A DNA stretch of 64,000 nt from Patescibacteria group bacterium (GCA_024653825.1 JANLHF010000001.1:62-64061); one strand, 5' to 3'; shown: positions 1-8,835, counted from the stretch's first letter. Numbers and translations are program-made. The notes: a model not told the origin generated them from the sequence alone.

Positions 1-280
1 CAAAACCAGCCTCCCAAAAGTTTCTTTAACCGGAAACATCGAAGGCCGTCAGACGTAAGACATCCTCGCCGTCGACTGAGCCTCTTTCCCCGATCCAGAA
101 ATCGTATTCGTGTTCACATAGCCCCCAATCAACCGAGTCCAGGTCATCCGGAAAACATTTGAAATACGTGAGAGGATAGTGGATCGCGATTCCTGGTTCG
201 ATATGCTGCACTTGTAACGTCACTGTCGTCGTTTCTTCTTCATTTTTCCCCATCTTTCCCTCCCTTTAGGAGAATCCGGA

Positions 281-1081
281 GTGAGTATAACTCCCCGTGC
301 TACTATTTTCCATATGCGTATTGTGTCGTGGAATGTGAACGGTCTGCGCTCGCTCACCAAGGAAAATTATTGGGGGGCGTTTTTACGAGACATGAAGCCC
401 GATATCTTCTGCCTCCAAGAGACCAAGGCAAATCCGGACCAGCTCTCTGAAGAATTCCTGTCCCCCGCCGGATACTCGGCGTTCTTTTCTTCGTGCCAAG
501 TACGTAAGGGTTACAGCGGCGTTGCGCTCTACTCTAAAATCGAGCCGCTCAAGGTGATCTACGGCATGGGAATTAAAGAGTTCGACCAAGAGGGCCGTGT
601 TATCGGCGCAGAGTTTGAAGACTTCTGGCTCATCAATGCCTACTTCCCCAACGGCGGCAAGGGTCCTGAACGCATAGACTACAAACTCCGCTTCTACGAC
701 ACCTTTCTTGCCTTCGTGGAAAAACTGCACAAAGAAAAACCGGTCATTTTCTGCGGCGACGTAAACACTGCCCACGAAGAAATCGATCTCGCCCGACCAA
801 AGGAGAATGAAGGTAACACAGGCTTCCTCCCCGAGGAGCGCGCCTGGATAGATGAGGTCATCAGCGCCGGCTACATCGACTCCTTCCGCTATTTTCATCC
901 AAACACCAAAGATGCGTACAGTTATTGGGACCAATTCACCCACGCCCGCGACCGTAACGTCGGCTGGCGCCTAGACTACTTCTTCGTCGCGGGCGAGTTT
1001 ATGAAGCGCGTAAAGAAAGCCGACATCCACCCCGACGTGTTCGGTTCCGACCACTGCCCTGTTTCCATCGAACTAAAATAA
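281..1081 (+). CDS. xth: Exodeoxyribonuclease III / AP endonuclease (Xth family)
   Basis: The translation has the ExoIII hallmark N-terminus RIVSWNVNGLRS and the C-terminal SDHCPV motif. GTG at 281 has an AGGAGA SD 7 nt upstream; an alternative ATG lies at 314. Confidence 0.88.
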   Translation: MSITPRATIFHMRIVSWNVNGLRSLTKENYWGAFLRDMKPDIFCLQETKANPDQLSEEFLSPAGYSAFFSSCQVRKGYSGVALYSKIEPLKVIYGMGIKEFDQEGRVIGAEFEDFWLINAYFPNGGKGPERIDYKLRFYDTFLAFVEKLHKEKPVIFCGDVNTAHEEIDLARPKENEGNTGFLPEERAWIDEVISAGYIDSFRYFHPNTKDAYSYWDQFTHARDRNVGWRLDYFFVAGEFMKRVKKADIHPDVFGSDHCPVSIELK

Positions 1082-1084
1082 ACA

Positions 1085-1327
1085 CTAAAGATTCTTGTAA
1101 GTATCCTCGTCTCTGAAATCTAAATCGCGCAAATATGCGACGCCATTAACTATGTCAAAAATAATTCTGAATTTGCCCACGCGCACCCGAAAGCGGTCTT
1201 CGTATCCTTTCAATTTCTTTACGTTAAGTTGCTGCCATTGTCCGGATACGATAAGTGCAACAACAGGCAAAACCTGCTCGCGACGCTTAGTGTCGAGACG
1301 CGCGAGAAATTTTTCTATCCTGTTCAT
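1085..1327 (-). CDS. Type II toxin, RelE/ParE family
   Basis: 80 aa. The motif GYEDRFRVRVGKFRIIFDI matches the RelE/ParE core. It overlaps the upstream antitoxin gene by 41 nt. Confidence 0.72.
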   Translation of the reverse strand: MNRIEKFLARLDTKRREQVLPVVALIVSGQWQQLNVKKLKGYEDRFRVRVGKFRIIFDIVNGVAYLRDLDFRDEDTYKNL

Positions 1328-1559
1328 TGAGTCGCTTTAACGCCGTGAGCACCTCTTCTGCGGGAACACCGCTAGGCCGTATCTTCGTAAAATCGACAAC
1401 AGTTTCCCATTTCCCCTCATCTCCCCATTCATCCACGGGTACAAGTCTAAATATCGGACGAGAACGACGCACGACGGTGAAAGACTTCCCTGCTTCCGCA
1501 TGTTTAATATAGGTACCCATATTCTCCCGTAGCTCCTTAAGCCCAATTATTTTTTGCAT
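1287..1559 (-). CDS. Type II antitoxin, Phd/YefM family
   Basis: 90 aa. The N-terminus IIGLKELRENMGTYIKHAEAGKSFTVVRRSRPIFRLVP fits the Phd/YefM fold pattern. It lies directly upstream of the RelE-like toxin. Confidence 0.72.
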   Translation of the reverse strand: MQKIIGLKELRENMGTYIKHAEAGKSFTVVRRSRPIFRLVPVDEWGDEGKWETVVDFTKIRPSGVPAEEVLTALKRLNEQDRKISRASRH

Positions 1560-1581
1560 ATTTTTGTCGCGGTAGTCATAT

Positions 1582-1613
1582 ACACGAAGATTATCTTAAG
1601 ATAATCTTCGTGT
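1582..1613. promoter_or_regulatory. 32-bp perfect palindrome, candidate operator of the Phd/RelE operon
   Basis: acacgaagattatcttaagataatcttcgtgt is perfectly self-complementary. It lies 23 nt upstream of the antitoxin start. Confidence 0.5.
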
Positions 1614-1720
1614 CAACAGAAGGTTATCCACCCCAACATCTTCGGCTCCGCTGTGCCCTGCCGAAGCTGACTAGCGCAGGAGGGCCCACTGCCCCATTTC
1701 TATAACGCTATAAAGGACAG

Positions 1721-1729
1721 TTATCCACA
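1721..1729. promoter_or_regulatory. Consensus DnaA box TTATCCACA inside an 8-bp inverted repeat
   Basis: TTATCCACA is flanked by AAAGGACA ... TGTCCTTT. A second near-box, TTATCCACC, lies at 1624-1632. Confidence 0.35.
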
Positions 1730-2018
1730 GGGTGTCCTTTACAATGTCCTTTAGCGAGATAGTATAAATCTCAGAGCGGCGAGCTGGCGGGTAAAATCCT
1801 CAGGCGCCGTGGCGGAAGCTCTTTCTTGATCTTTCCATCGGCATCAGAGTGCTATCTGCGAGAGTGCCTGCCAACGTTCGCGACGATTCGCGACACAAGC
1901 CCCATGGCACGGTATCCCTGAGTGGAGAAGCGCCAGAAGATGCACATCAAAAAAAACAAAAGCTGCTCTCAACCTAGGTAGGCCTACACCATTTACGCCC
2001 CTACTCCAAACACGTAAG

Positions 2019-2041
2019 CCGCCACGAGAGCGGCTTTTTTG
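2019..2041 (+). terminator. Rho-independent terminator-like hairpin
   Basis: GCCGCcacgagaGCGGC followed by TTTTTTG. It closes a ~450-bp region with no convincing ORF. Confidence 0.5.
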
Positions 2042-2065
2042 TTCCACGTGGAACATATTTCACAA

Positions 2066-3535
2066 CTAACAAACGTGGTGTTTACTCATTATTTTCTGTA
2101 CTTCTTCGTCCTCAGCGGCTTCCCTTCTCTGCTTCCCTGCCTCACCAAGCTTCTGTAGCTCTTCGTCCGATATCTCCAGGAGTTCAGCGGTCCGTTTATC
2201 AAGATATTCCTCGGTGTTCTTGGCTGAATCATCAAGTATTTCCTCAAGGAGGGCATTCAGCGCCCAACCGATCCTCGGTCCTGGGTTCACGTGGAACATT
2301 TCCATAATGTGCTCCCCGCCAGTCTTAAGCATCCCGACTGAAATAGGGTCTCGGAGCGCCTGTTCCACCATTGCCTTGTACTTACGGAAGCGAAAGGGCT
2401 GCTCCTTCGGCCGGCCGGTCCCTATACGGTCGCAGATACGCAGATTGAGTAGGTCCCATATATTCTCTTCGCCGACATTCTTAATCATTCGACGGACGGC
2501 CGAGAGGGTAATCTGCTCAGGATCCGAGAAGAACATATGCCAGCGGACCAGCTTCACCACTTTATCGATGGTCTCCCGAGAGAAATGGAGATCTTCGAGG
2601 GCTTTCTTTGTTACACGTGAACCAACAACCTCGTGGCCGTGGAAGCTCCACTCCTTCTTCTCCTCTGACCAACAGCGAGTCTCCGGCTTAGATACATCGT
2701 GGAAGAGGGCAGCAAGGCGTATGTCAAAGGGCCAGCCCTTATCGGCTGCGTGCTGCATAGAGCGCATAAGGTGCTCAAAGACGTCGTAGCTGTGGGCCTG
2801 ATTCTGTTCCACGCCGATTCCGCGAATGAGATCGGCTGAAATAAATTCGAGAATGCCGAGGCGTTGTGCAAGAACGAGAGCATTCATCGGCTGGGCAGAA
2901 TTGAGCATTCGTGTGAGTTCATCACGAACTCTTTCACGTGAAACATGGCTTAAATGCTCACTATTTTGACTTATTGCTGCCGCAGTATCACCGTCTATAC
3001 CAAAGTTAAGCTCGGCGACGAGACGAACGGCGCGCAACATACGCAAAGCGTCTTCATTAAAGCGTAGCGAGGCGTCACCAACGGCGCGCACCAGTTTGTC
3101 CTTTATGTCCTTTTGGCCACCGTATGGGTCAATTAGGTGTCCTTTAGCATCATCCAGCGCAATGGCGTTGATGGTGAAGTCGCGTCGCGCGAGATCTTCG
3201 AGTAGGGAAGCCCCGAACGCAACGGAGTCCGGACGGCGCTTATCAGAATATTCTGATTCGATACGATAGGGGGTTACTTCAACGATGGCGAGTCTCTGAT
3301 CTTCTACGCCGGTCTTCACCCCAACGGTGCCGTAGTTGTTTTCATAAAAAGAATCGGGAAATACGGTCTGTATCTCCTCGGGCTTCGCATTGGTGGTGAT
3401 GTCCCAATCCTTTGGTTCTAGGCCGATTATGAGGTCACGAACGCACCCGCCGACGAGGTAGGCCTCAAAACCGGCTTCCCGTAGACCGTTACTGACTACT
3501 TCGACCTCCTTCGGAATGAGATACTGCATTTCCAA
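2066..3535 (-). CDS. cca: CCA-adding tRNA nucleotidyltransferase with HD domain
   Basis: 489 aa. N-terminal polymerase-beta-type nucleotidyltransferase motifs GGCVRDLIIG and DWDITT, followed by an HD phosphohydrolase region. Confidence 0.85.
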   Translation of the reverse strand: MEMQYLIPKEVEVVSNGLREAGFEAYLVGGCVRDLIIGLEPKDWDITTNAKPEEIQTVFPDSFYENNYGTVGVKTGVEDQRLAIVEVTPYRIESEYSDKRRPDSVAFGASLLEDLARRDFTINAIALDDAKGHLIDPYGGQKDIKDKLVRAVGDASLRFNEDALRMLRAVRLVAELNFGIDGDTAAAISQNSEHLSHVSRERVRDELTRMLNSAQPMNALVLAQRLGILEFISADLIRGIGVEQNQAHSYDVFEHLMRSMQHAADKGWPFDIRLAALFHDVSKPETRCWSEEKKEWSFHGHEVVGSRVTKKALEDLHFSRETIDKVVKLVRWHMFFSDPEQITLSAVRRMIKNVGEENIWDLLNLRICDRIGTGRPKEQPFRFRKYKAMVEQALRDPISVGMLKTGGEHIMEMFHVNPGPRIGWALNALLEEILDDSAKNTEEYLDKRTAELLEISDEELQKLGEAGKQRREAAEDEEVQKIMSKHHVC

Positions 3536-3648
3536 ATCCTATCACAGTGCCGTACACTAAAGACACGCCCCGATATCTTTCAAAGCAGATATCGAGGCTC
3601 GTTTGGCGAATAAAGAATACTGGGAAGTCTTCTTTATTGCCTCTCTTC

Positions 3649-3720
3649 GCCCCGATGGTGAAATGGATATCATTGCTGCCTTCGAAGCAGTCGTTCCAGG
3701 TTCGAATCCTGGTCGGGGCA
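3649..3720 (+). tRNA. tRNA-Arg (anticodon UCG)
   Basis: Manual cloverleaf: acceptor GCCCCGA/TCGGGGC, anticodon stem GCTGC/GCAGT, loop CTTCGAA, T-arm CCAGGTTCGAATCCTGG. Confidence 0.8.
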
Positions 3721-3762
3721 CACTGGAAATTAAAATAGGTGGCGTGTTATGATGTCGCGAGC

Positions 3763-3833
3763 GCGGGTATGGTTCAATGGTAGAACATCTGGTTGCCAAT
3801 CAGATGATGGGAGTTCGATTCTCCCTACCCGCA
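3763..3833 (+). tRNA. tRNA-Gly (anticodon GCC)
   Basis: Acceptor GCGGGTA/TACCCGC, D-stem GTTC/GAAC, anticodon loop TTGCCAA, T-arm GGGAGTTCGATTCTCCC. Confidence 0.85.
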
Positions 3834-3967
3834 CAAATCAACAATTTTGCCTGTCTTTTGGTTCTGTGTTGAAAGTGGATAAACCTGTGCACACTGGGGA
3901 TAAAGGACAGGGGACTTTTATGGGAGTCTGTGAAATAGTGAGCGAATGAGCCATATTCTTAAAGGCC

Positions 3968-4363
3968 GTGGATATATCCTCTAAGACCAGGAAGGAGGTT
4001 GGTGCGCTGGGAGAAAAGGTGGCCGCCGAGTACCTTCGACGACACGGATTTTCTATCCGCGACCGCAATATCGCACGGAAAACAGGAGAGTTAGACATCA
4101 TCGCAGAGCACGAAGATACTCTGCATTTTGTTGAAGTGAAAACGATTCTTGTCGATGAATTTCCTCAAGAAAAATCAGTTGCTGATGATTATGACCCCTC
4201 GCTCAATCTGCACGAAGCGAAGATACGCAAGGTCGCGCGGACGGGGGAGTGGTATGTCCTTGAGAAAAACTGGGAAGGGGAGTGGCAGGTGGACGGAGTT
4301 CTCGTCTGGCTACGCCGGCGGGACGGCATGGCGAAGGTCAGCTACCTGCCACAAATCGTCTGA
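3968..4363 (+). CDS. YraN/UPF0102 family endonuclease-like protein
   Basis: The pattern GxxGExxAxxYLxxxG ... IRDRNIARKTGELDIIAE ... FVEVKT is typical of the UPF0102 family. Confidence 0.75.
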   Translation: MDISSKTRKEVGALGEKVAAEYLRRHGFSIRDRNIARKTGELDIIAEHEDTLHFVEVKTILVDEFPQEKSVADDYDPSLNLHEAKIRKVARTGEWYVLEKNWEGEWQVDGVLVWLRRRDGMAKVSYLPQIV

Positions 4364-4387
4364 TGATGTTAGAGTGCTCATGTAACC

Positions 4388-4460
4388 CACCTTCGCTCGG
4401 CTGCGGGCTTCGCCCCGCCATAGCCGAGCTTCGGCGAGGCGACGGCGGGGCGTAGTATAC
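4388..4460. repeat. Structured intergenic repeat, copy A
   Basis: Shares CGCTCGG ... AGCCGAGCTyyGGCGAGGCGAmGGCGGG ... AGTATA with copy B at 6546-6625. The inner stem differs compensatorily: gcggg/cccgc here versus cgag/ctcg in B. It sits between convergent gene ends. Confidence 0.5.
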
Positions 4461-4516
4461 CGGTAGTACACTTGCTTTGGGAGCAAGTAGACCGAGTCCG
4501 ATTCTCGGCGCCCCGA

Positions 4517-5677
4517 CTAAGGTAGTTCTAGAATCGCTTCGAGCATTGGTATCTGCAGAGCGAAGTTAGATATCGAGGCTGTGATTGGTTGGGCGAGAAG
4601 AAGGTCGAGGGCATTCCCGATCTCACTCGCGTATTCAGCGCGGATGTAGGAAGCTGTGATGGCATCGAGTGAGCGCATGCTCGTGTCCCCCTCGACGGTA
4701 CTCGTTGTGATAGTGCCTACAAGTTCGCCGGAGGCATCGGCAACTCCGCCACCGGAAGACCCCTCTTGTGCCGCCGCCGAACCACCAAGTGCAAGTACAT
4801 CAATCGTGTTGTTTGCAAAGGTGAATACGTCTTTCACTGAGCCGAAAACGATGGTGGGAAAGAGGCCGAACTGAACTTGGCTCGATGCGAGAAACTGCGC
4901 GCCGTATGAGGCGATAACGATCGGTGTGTCTGTGATCGGCGGGATGATCGCGAGCGGAATAAAAGGGAACGAAGTCGGGAGAGCGTTTCTCGAAATACTC
5001 TTTGTAACAGCGAGAAACGCGAAATCATATTCACCGGTACCGCTCGGGGCCACCTGGGTGAGCACGGTCGAGTTCGCGCTGAGCCACGCCGGCGAAATGT
5101 AAATAAGAGAGGCCTTATAACTGTCAGTGGCGGGACTCCCCGCACGTATGGTGCAGGTAACACTCCGGTCGGCGAGGAGGAAGTACTGTGCAATGTGTGC
5201 GTTCGTGAGGATAATACCCTTCGGATCGATAAATACGCCGCTACCGCTGATAGAGTGCAGACCGCTACCGACAGGAACGTAACAGATGATATTCACGAGT
5301 GCCGCACGGAGTGTTGTCGCGGCCGCATCAAGCAATGTGTTTGTGACTTGTGGAGCCGGCGCGGGAGCCGATACAGGCACCGGTACGGCGACTGGCACTG
5401 GCGTGGACGTTGCGACGGGAGCCTTCGGTATCGTCTTCTTCGGAGCGGACGATGTTTCTATCGCGGGAGCTATTACAGAAGTTGTTGCGATCGACTCGAG
5501 CGCCGCTGGTGCGGATGAAGTGGGAACTACGGTGACTGTCGAAGAGGTAGAGGAGGGGGAGGATACATGCTCGGCCTTCGGCTCGCTCGGAGAACCGGCG
5601 ACGATGATGATCAGCAGGACCAGGACTGTAATGCCGAGATACGGCAGGAATCGTTTCATCTCAATCTTCATCTTCAT
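4517..5677 (-). CDS. Secreted trypsin-like (S1/HtrA-like) serine protease with N-terminal TM and S/T/P-rich linker
   Basis: His TNAHI, Asp, and Ser GSSGGGV catalytic motifs are present. The start is set at MKMKIEMKRFLPYLGITVLVLL, which is followed by a TM helix. The ORF runs in frame up to 6034, but that extension overlaps a tRNA and shows no protein-like features. Confidence 0.78.
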   Translation of the reverse strand: MKMKIEMKRFLPYLGITVLVLLIIIVAGSPSEPKAEHVSSPSSTSSTVTVVPTSSAPAALESIATTSVIAPAIETSSAPKKTIPKAPVATSTPVPVAVPVPVSAPAPAPQVTNTLLDAAATTLRAALVNIICYVPVGSGLHSISGSGVFIDPKGIILTNAHIAQYFLLADRSVTCTIRAGSPATDSYKASLIYISPAWLSANSTVLTQVAPSGTGEYDFAFLAVTKSISRNALPTSFPFIPLAIIPPITDTPIVIASYGAQFLASSQVQFGLFPTIVFGSVKDVFTFANNTIDVLALGGSAAAQEGSSGGGVADASGELVGTITTSTVEGDTSMRSLDAITASYIRAEYASEIGNALDLLLAQPITASISNFALQIPMLEAILELP

Positions 5678-5709
5678 ACGGTATCGTAAAAATGGTATTC
5701 TCGCACTAA

Positions 5710-5780
5710 GCGGACGTGGTCTAACGGTATGACGGTTGCCTTCCAAGCAATCAGCGCGGGTCCGACTCCCGCCGTCCGCA
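5710..5780 (+). tRNA. tRNA-Gly (anticodon UCC) with non-canonical T-loop
   Basis: Acceptor GCGGACG/CGTCCGC, anticodon loop CTTCCAA, T-arm GCGGG-TCCGACT-CCCGC with C instead of the usual U at position 55. Otherwise close to a canonical tRNA-Gly(UCC) layout. Confidence 0.68.
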
Positions 5781-5830
5781 CAAAATAGTTCCAGACTGAT
5801 AGCACCGGTCCGATTCCGGTATCCCGCACA
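5781..5830 (+). other. tRNA 3'-half-like fragment (T-arm plus acceptor 3' strand only)
   Basis: ACCGG-TCCGATT-CCGGT followed by ATCCCGC-A-CAA parallels the 3' end of the adjacent tRNA-Gly, GGTCCGAcTCCcGccgTCCgCAcaa. No matching 5' half is present. Confidence 0.4.
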
Positions 5831-5877
5831 ACGACAAAAAAGAGGATTGAAATAACCGCCACAGCTGATATGCTGGC

Positions 5878-6171
5878 GTGCATATGGAACATTCACCAGA
5901 ACGACGCAAGGTAGAAGGCGCTCCTGTTCCCAGTCCAACTGAACCTCACGTTGAAATGCATCATGTGCATGGAGAAGATTTCGAGACTGCCACGAGAGAA
6001 GAAAAGATCGAGATACAGAAAGAAATACTGGCATATGAAGAAGGAGTGCTGACGGACATGGAGCTGAATCCCACGCTGACGCTTAAAGCGAAGAGGATAC
6101 TCGCGAGAAACCAGAAGAAGATCATCTCCGAGGCAAGAGAAAACCTCGAAAGGACCGTGGCATCCACATAA
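5878..6171 (+). CDS. Hypothetical small protein
   Basis: 97-aa ORF. A sigma70-like promoter TTGAAA-16-TATGCT lies just upstream, and a strong terminator follows. Confidence 0.45.
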   Translation: MHMEHSPERRKVEGAPVPSPTEPHVEMHHVHGEDFETATREEKIEIQKEILAYEEGVLTDMELNPTLTLKAKRILARNQKKIISEARENLERTVAST

Positions 6172-6195
6172 TATCGAAACAGCCAAAAATCAAAA

Positions 6196-6223
6196 ACCCG
6201 CCTAAGGCGGGTTTTTGATACTC
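6196..6223. terminator. Bidirectional rho-independent terminator
   Basis: aaaaACCCGCCttaGGCGGGTttttt, with an A-run before and a T-run after. It serves the + ORF and the hup gene on the - strand. Confidence 0.7.
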
Positions 6224-6241
6224 TTCTAGTCTAGAAAACCC

Positions 6242-6514
6242 TTATTTTACTGCATCCTTCAACGCTTTCGCGGCGCGGAACTTCGCGGTGCGCGAAGCGT
6301 TGATGTGGATCGTCTCGCCCGTGCGAGGATTACGCCCCTGACGTGCCGGACGCGCCTTCGTCGCGAAGATGCCGAGACCGGCGATTGATACTTCGTCGCC
6401 ACCCTTCAGGCCGGAAACGACAGAATCAATAACACACTCGACTGCGCGCTCGGCGTCGGACTTGGTCGTGCCGAGAACACCGTGCACCTTGTCTACGATA
6501 TCTGCTTTGTTCAT
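6242..6514 (-). CDS. hup: DNA-binding protein HU
   Basis: 90 aa. MNKADIVDKV ... GFGIFATKARPARQGRNPRTGE is the canonical HU/IHF arm region. Confidence 0.9.
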   Translation of the reverse strand: MNKADIVDKVHGVLGTTKSDAERAVECVIDSVVSGLKGGDEVSIAGLGIFATKARPARQGRNPRTGETIHINASRTAKFRAAKALKDAVK

Positions 6515-6545
6515 GAGTATTTTAAATACTTATTTACTAATGGCC

Positions 6546-6625
6546 CGCCGACGCTCGGATTCGAGTGGGCCTGCCTCGTCGAAGCCGAGCTCTGGCGAGG
6601 CGAAGGCGGGTATGGGAGAAAGTAT
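6546..6625. repeat. Structured intergenic repeat, copy B
   Basis: See copy A. It lies between the rny stop and the hup start. Confidence 0.5.
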
Positions 6626-6681
6626 AGGAAATGCGCCATTTTACGCAATACCCTTGCCAGAGCGTGGTGGATAATGCGAAA

Positions 6682-8211
6682 TCAACGGGCGAATTCAACG
6701 ACGCGGTTTTCGCGGATGATGTTCACCTTAATCTCGCCCGGATATTTGAGTTCTTCTTGGATGCGCTTAGCGATGTTTCGCGCGAGTGTGTGCATCGCGA
6801 GGTCAGAGACCTTGCCGGGGTTCACGAAGACGCGTATTTCACGTCCTGCGGCAATAGCATAGACCTTCTCTACGCCGGGGAAGGTGTTCGCGAGGCGTTC
6901 CAGGTCGCCGAGGCGCTCCAGATAGCGGTCAACCGTGTCACGGCGTGCGCCGGGGCGGCTGCCCGAGATAGCGTCGGCCACCTGGACGATAACTGCCTCC
7001 GGCGTCTCATACGGGTGTTCGTCATGGTGCGACTGCATCGCGAGAATAATATTTTTATCAATGCTGAACTTCTCGAGAATGCGACGACCAATCTCGACAT
7101 GCGTACCCTGAACCTCATGGTCGACGGCCTTGCCGATATCGTGAAGGAGTGCGGCCGTGCGCGCGACAGCCGGATCGGCGCCGAGTTCGTGAGCGAGCAT
7201 ACCAGCGATATGAGCCATCTCGATAGAATGTACGAGCACGTTCTGCCCATAACTCGTACGGAAATGAAGGCGCCCCAGAAGGGCAGTGAGCTTCGGGTCG
7301 AGGCCGGTGACCCCTGCCTCATAAGCAGCTGCCTCTCCTTTTTGTTTGATAATCTCCGCAACCTCGGCTTTCGTCTTCTCCACCGTCTCCTCTATCTTCG
7401 CGGGCTGAATACGCCCATCAACAATGAGCTTCTCGAGCGCAATCTTCGCGACAGCGCGACGAAGAGGATCAAAGGAGGAGAGCGTAATCTTGTCCGGCAC
7501 ATCGTCGATAAGCACGTCAACGCCGGTCGCACGTTCGAACGCTTTAATATTTCGGCCTTCTTTGCCAATAATTTTACCCTTCACCTCGTCAGAGGGGAGC
7601 GAGACGGAGAGTGACATCACTTCGGCATTCACCGCATTCCCGAGACGATGGATGATATTGGTGAGAATGCCGCGTGCCTTGTCCTCCAAACGTTCGCGGC
7701 CATGTGCTTCCAATTTTTGTAGTCGTAACAGTATCGAATCTTCGTAGGTGTGTTCAATTTCAGAAAAAAGTTCCTCGCGCGCCTTGTCCTCAGAGAGGTG
7801 CGCGATCTTCGCGAGCTCCTTCGAGCGCTCGCGGGCGAGATTCTCCGCATCATTCTTCGCACGGACCGCCTCCTGTTCGCGCCCGCGCACTTCAACTTCC
7901 TTGTCGTCAAGATCGCGCTGGCGGGAATCGAGAAATTCTTCTCGCGCTGCGACACGTTCCTCCTTCAAATTTATTTTTTCTTCGCGCTCTTCGACCGGCG
8001 CGAGACGTTCTGTCTCGATGACCTCTCCGCGAAACTCCGCCTCGGCGATAATCTTCGCCGCCTGCTCTTTAGCTTGCAGGATTTTTTGCTTCGTATCAAG
8101 TTCAACCGAGCCACGCTGGGCGAGACCAATCAGCACGCGCAGCACATAGCCGAGCGCGATGCCGCCCACGCCCGAAAGCGCGAGCATAATTAATATGATT
8201 TTGAGTGACAT
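6682..8211 (-). CDS. rny: Ribonuclease Y
   Basis: 509 aa with N-terminal TM, a coiled-coil region, a KH domain, and an HD domain (LLHDIGK). Confidence 0.9.
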   Translation of the reverse strand: MSLKIILIMLALSGVGGIALGYVLRVLIGLAQRGSVELDTKQKILQAKEQAAKIIAEAEFRGEVIETERLAPVEEREEKINLKEERVAAREEFLDSRQRDLDDKEVEVRGREQEAVRAKNDAENLARERSKELAKIAHLSEDKAREELFSEIEHTYEDSILLRLQKLEAHGRERLEDKARGILTNIIHRLGNAVNAEVMSLSVSLPSDEVKGKIIGKEGRNIKAFERATGVDVLIDDVPDKITLSSFDPLRRAVAKIALEKLIVDGRIQPAKIEETVEKTKAEVAEIIKQKGEAAAYEAGVTGLDPKLTALLGRLHFRTSYGQNVLVHSIEMAHIAGMLAHELGADPAVARTAALLHDIGKAVDHEVQGTHVEIGRRILEKFSIDKNIILAMQSHHDEHPYETPEAVIVQVADAISGSRPGARRDTVDRYLERLGDLERLANTFPGVEKVYAIAAGREIRVFVNPGKVSDLAMHTLARNIAKRIQEELKYPGEIKVNIIRENRVVEFAR

Positions 8212-8420
8212 ACGCCCGTTTTGTTATTCCGCACCCCGACAAACGAGATGGGACAAAAGTCCTAAAAAGGGGGGTCCGTGAGGCTTCCGCAACAGTCAAT
8301 CAGTGGGGCAGAATAGACTTAGTCTAGCACGTATGCAGATATTGCAATATATCTACGCTCGTGGCATAGTTCGACCAGATCGCCCACTTTGGGTCGCTCG
8401 TTAATATAGGGAGAACGTCC

Positions 8421-8834
8421 ATGCATTCATCAATGCGCGCTTTTATGCGCAAAGCGTCACTTATCCTCTGTGTACTCTTCGCGATGTTGTTCGCCTTCGT
8501 CGAACGAAATACGGGATTGCTCTTGTTATTCGCCGTCACTGCGTCCGCGGTCTTCATCGACGCAATGGTCGTCGATTCCTACCTGCAACGGATCGCAGTA
8601 GCTAAGGAGTCGCAGACGTTTCTCGAAACGTTCTTCATAGAGGGGAGTACGTGGAAGTATCTTGGATCAAAAGCCGACCGAGTGGATCAAACGGTTCGAG
8701 AACTCAAACAACGGGCGGCTCCGTACCCTGGACTCCAAGAAAAGGTGCTCAAGACCTTGCGCGCCCATGGCATCACCAGTGCGCTTGATCTCTTGGAGAG
8801 GGCCGAGAACAGAAAAGTTATCTACCGAAGCTGA
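8421..8834 (+). CDS. Hypothetical membrane protein
   Basis: 137 aa with two N-terminal hydrophobic helices. The family is not recognised. Confidence 0.5.
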   Translation: MHSSMRAFMRKASLILCVLFAMLFAFVERNTGLLLLFAVTASAVFIDAMVVDSYLQRIAVAKESQTFLETFFIEGSTWKYLGSKADRVDQTVRELKQRAAPYPGLQEKVLKTLRAHGITSALDLLERAENRKVIYRS

Positions 8835-8835
8835 A

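Noticed and set aside
1614-2041. Possible RNase P RNA, tmRNA or SRP RNA
   Set aside because: I searched both strands for P4 (GGAAAGTCCGG / CCCGGCTTA), the tmRNA tRNA-like 3' end, and SRP domain IV motifs. Only partial chance matches were found. It is left as an unclassified candidate ncRNA.
1844-2056. 70-aa minus-strand ORF in the non-coding region
   Set aside because: Arg-rich, no SD, and it overlaps the plus-strand terminator. Treated as non-coding.
4517-6034. 505-aa ORF extending 357 nt upstream of the protease start
   Set aside because: The extension has no protein-like features, overlaps tRNA-Gly(UCC) and its fragment on the opposite strand, and the protease has a natural start at a TM-preceding MKMK.
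6631-7614. 327-aa plus-strand ORF
   Set aside because: It is fully antisense to rny, has Arg/Leu-biased composition and no motifs.
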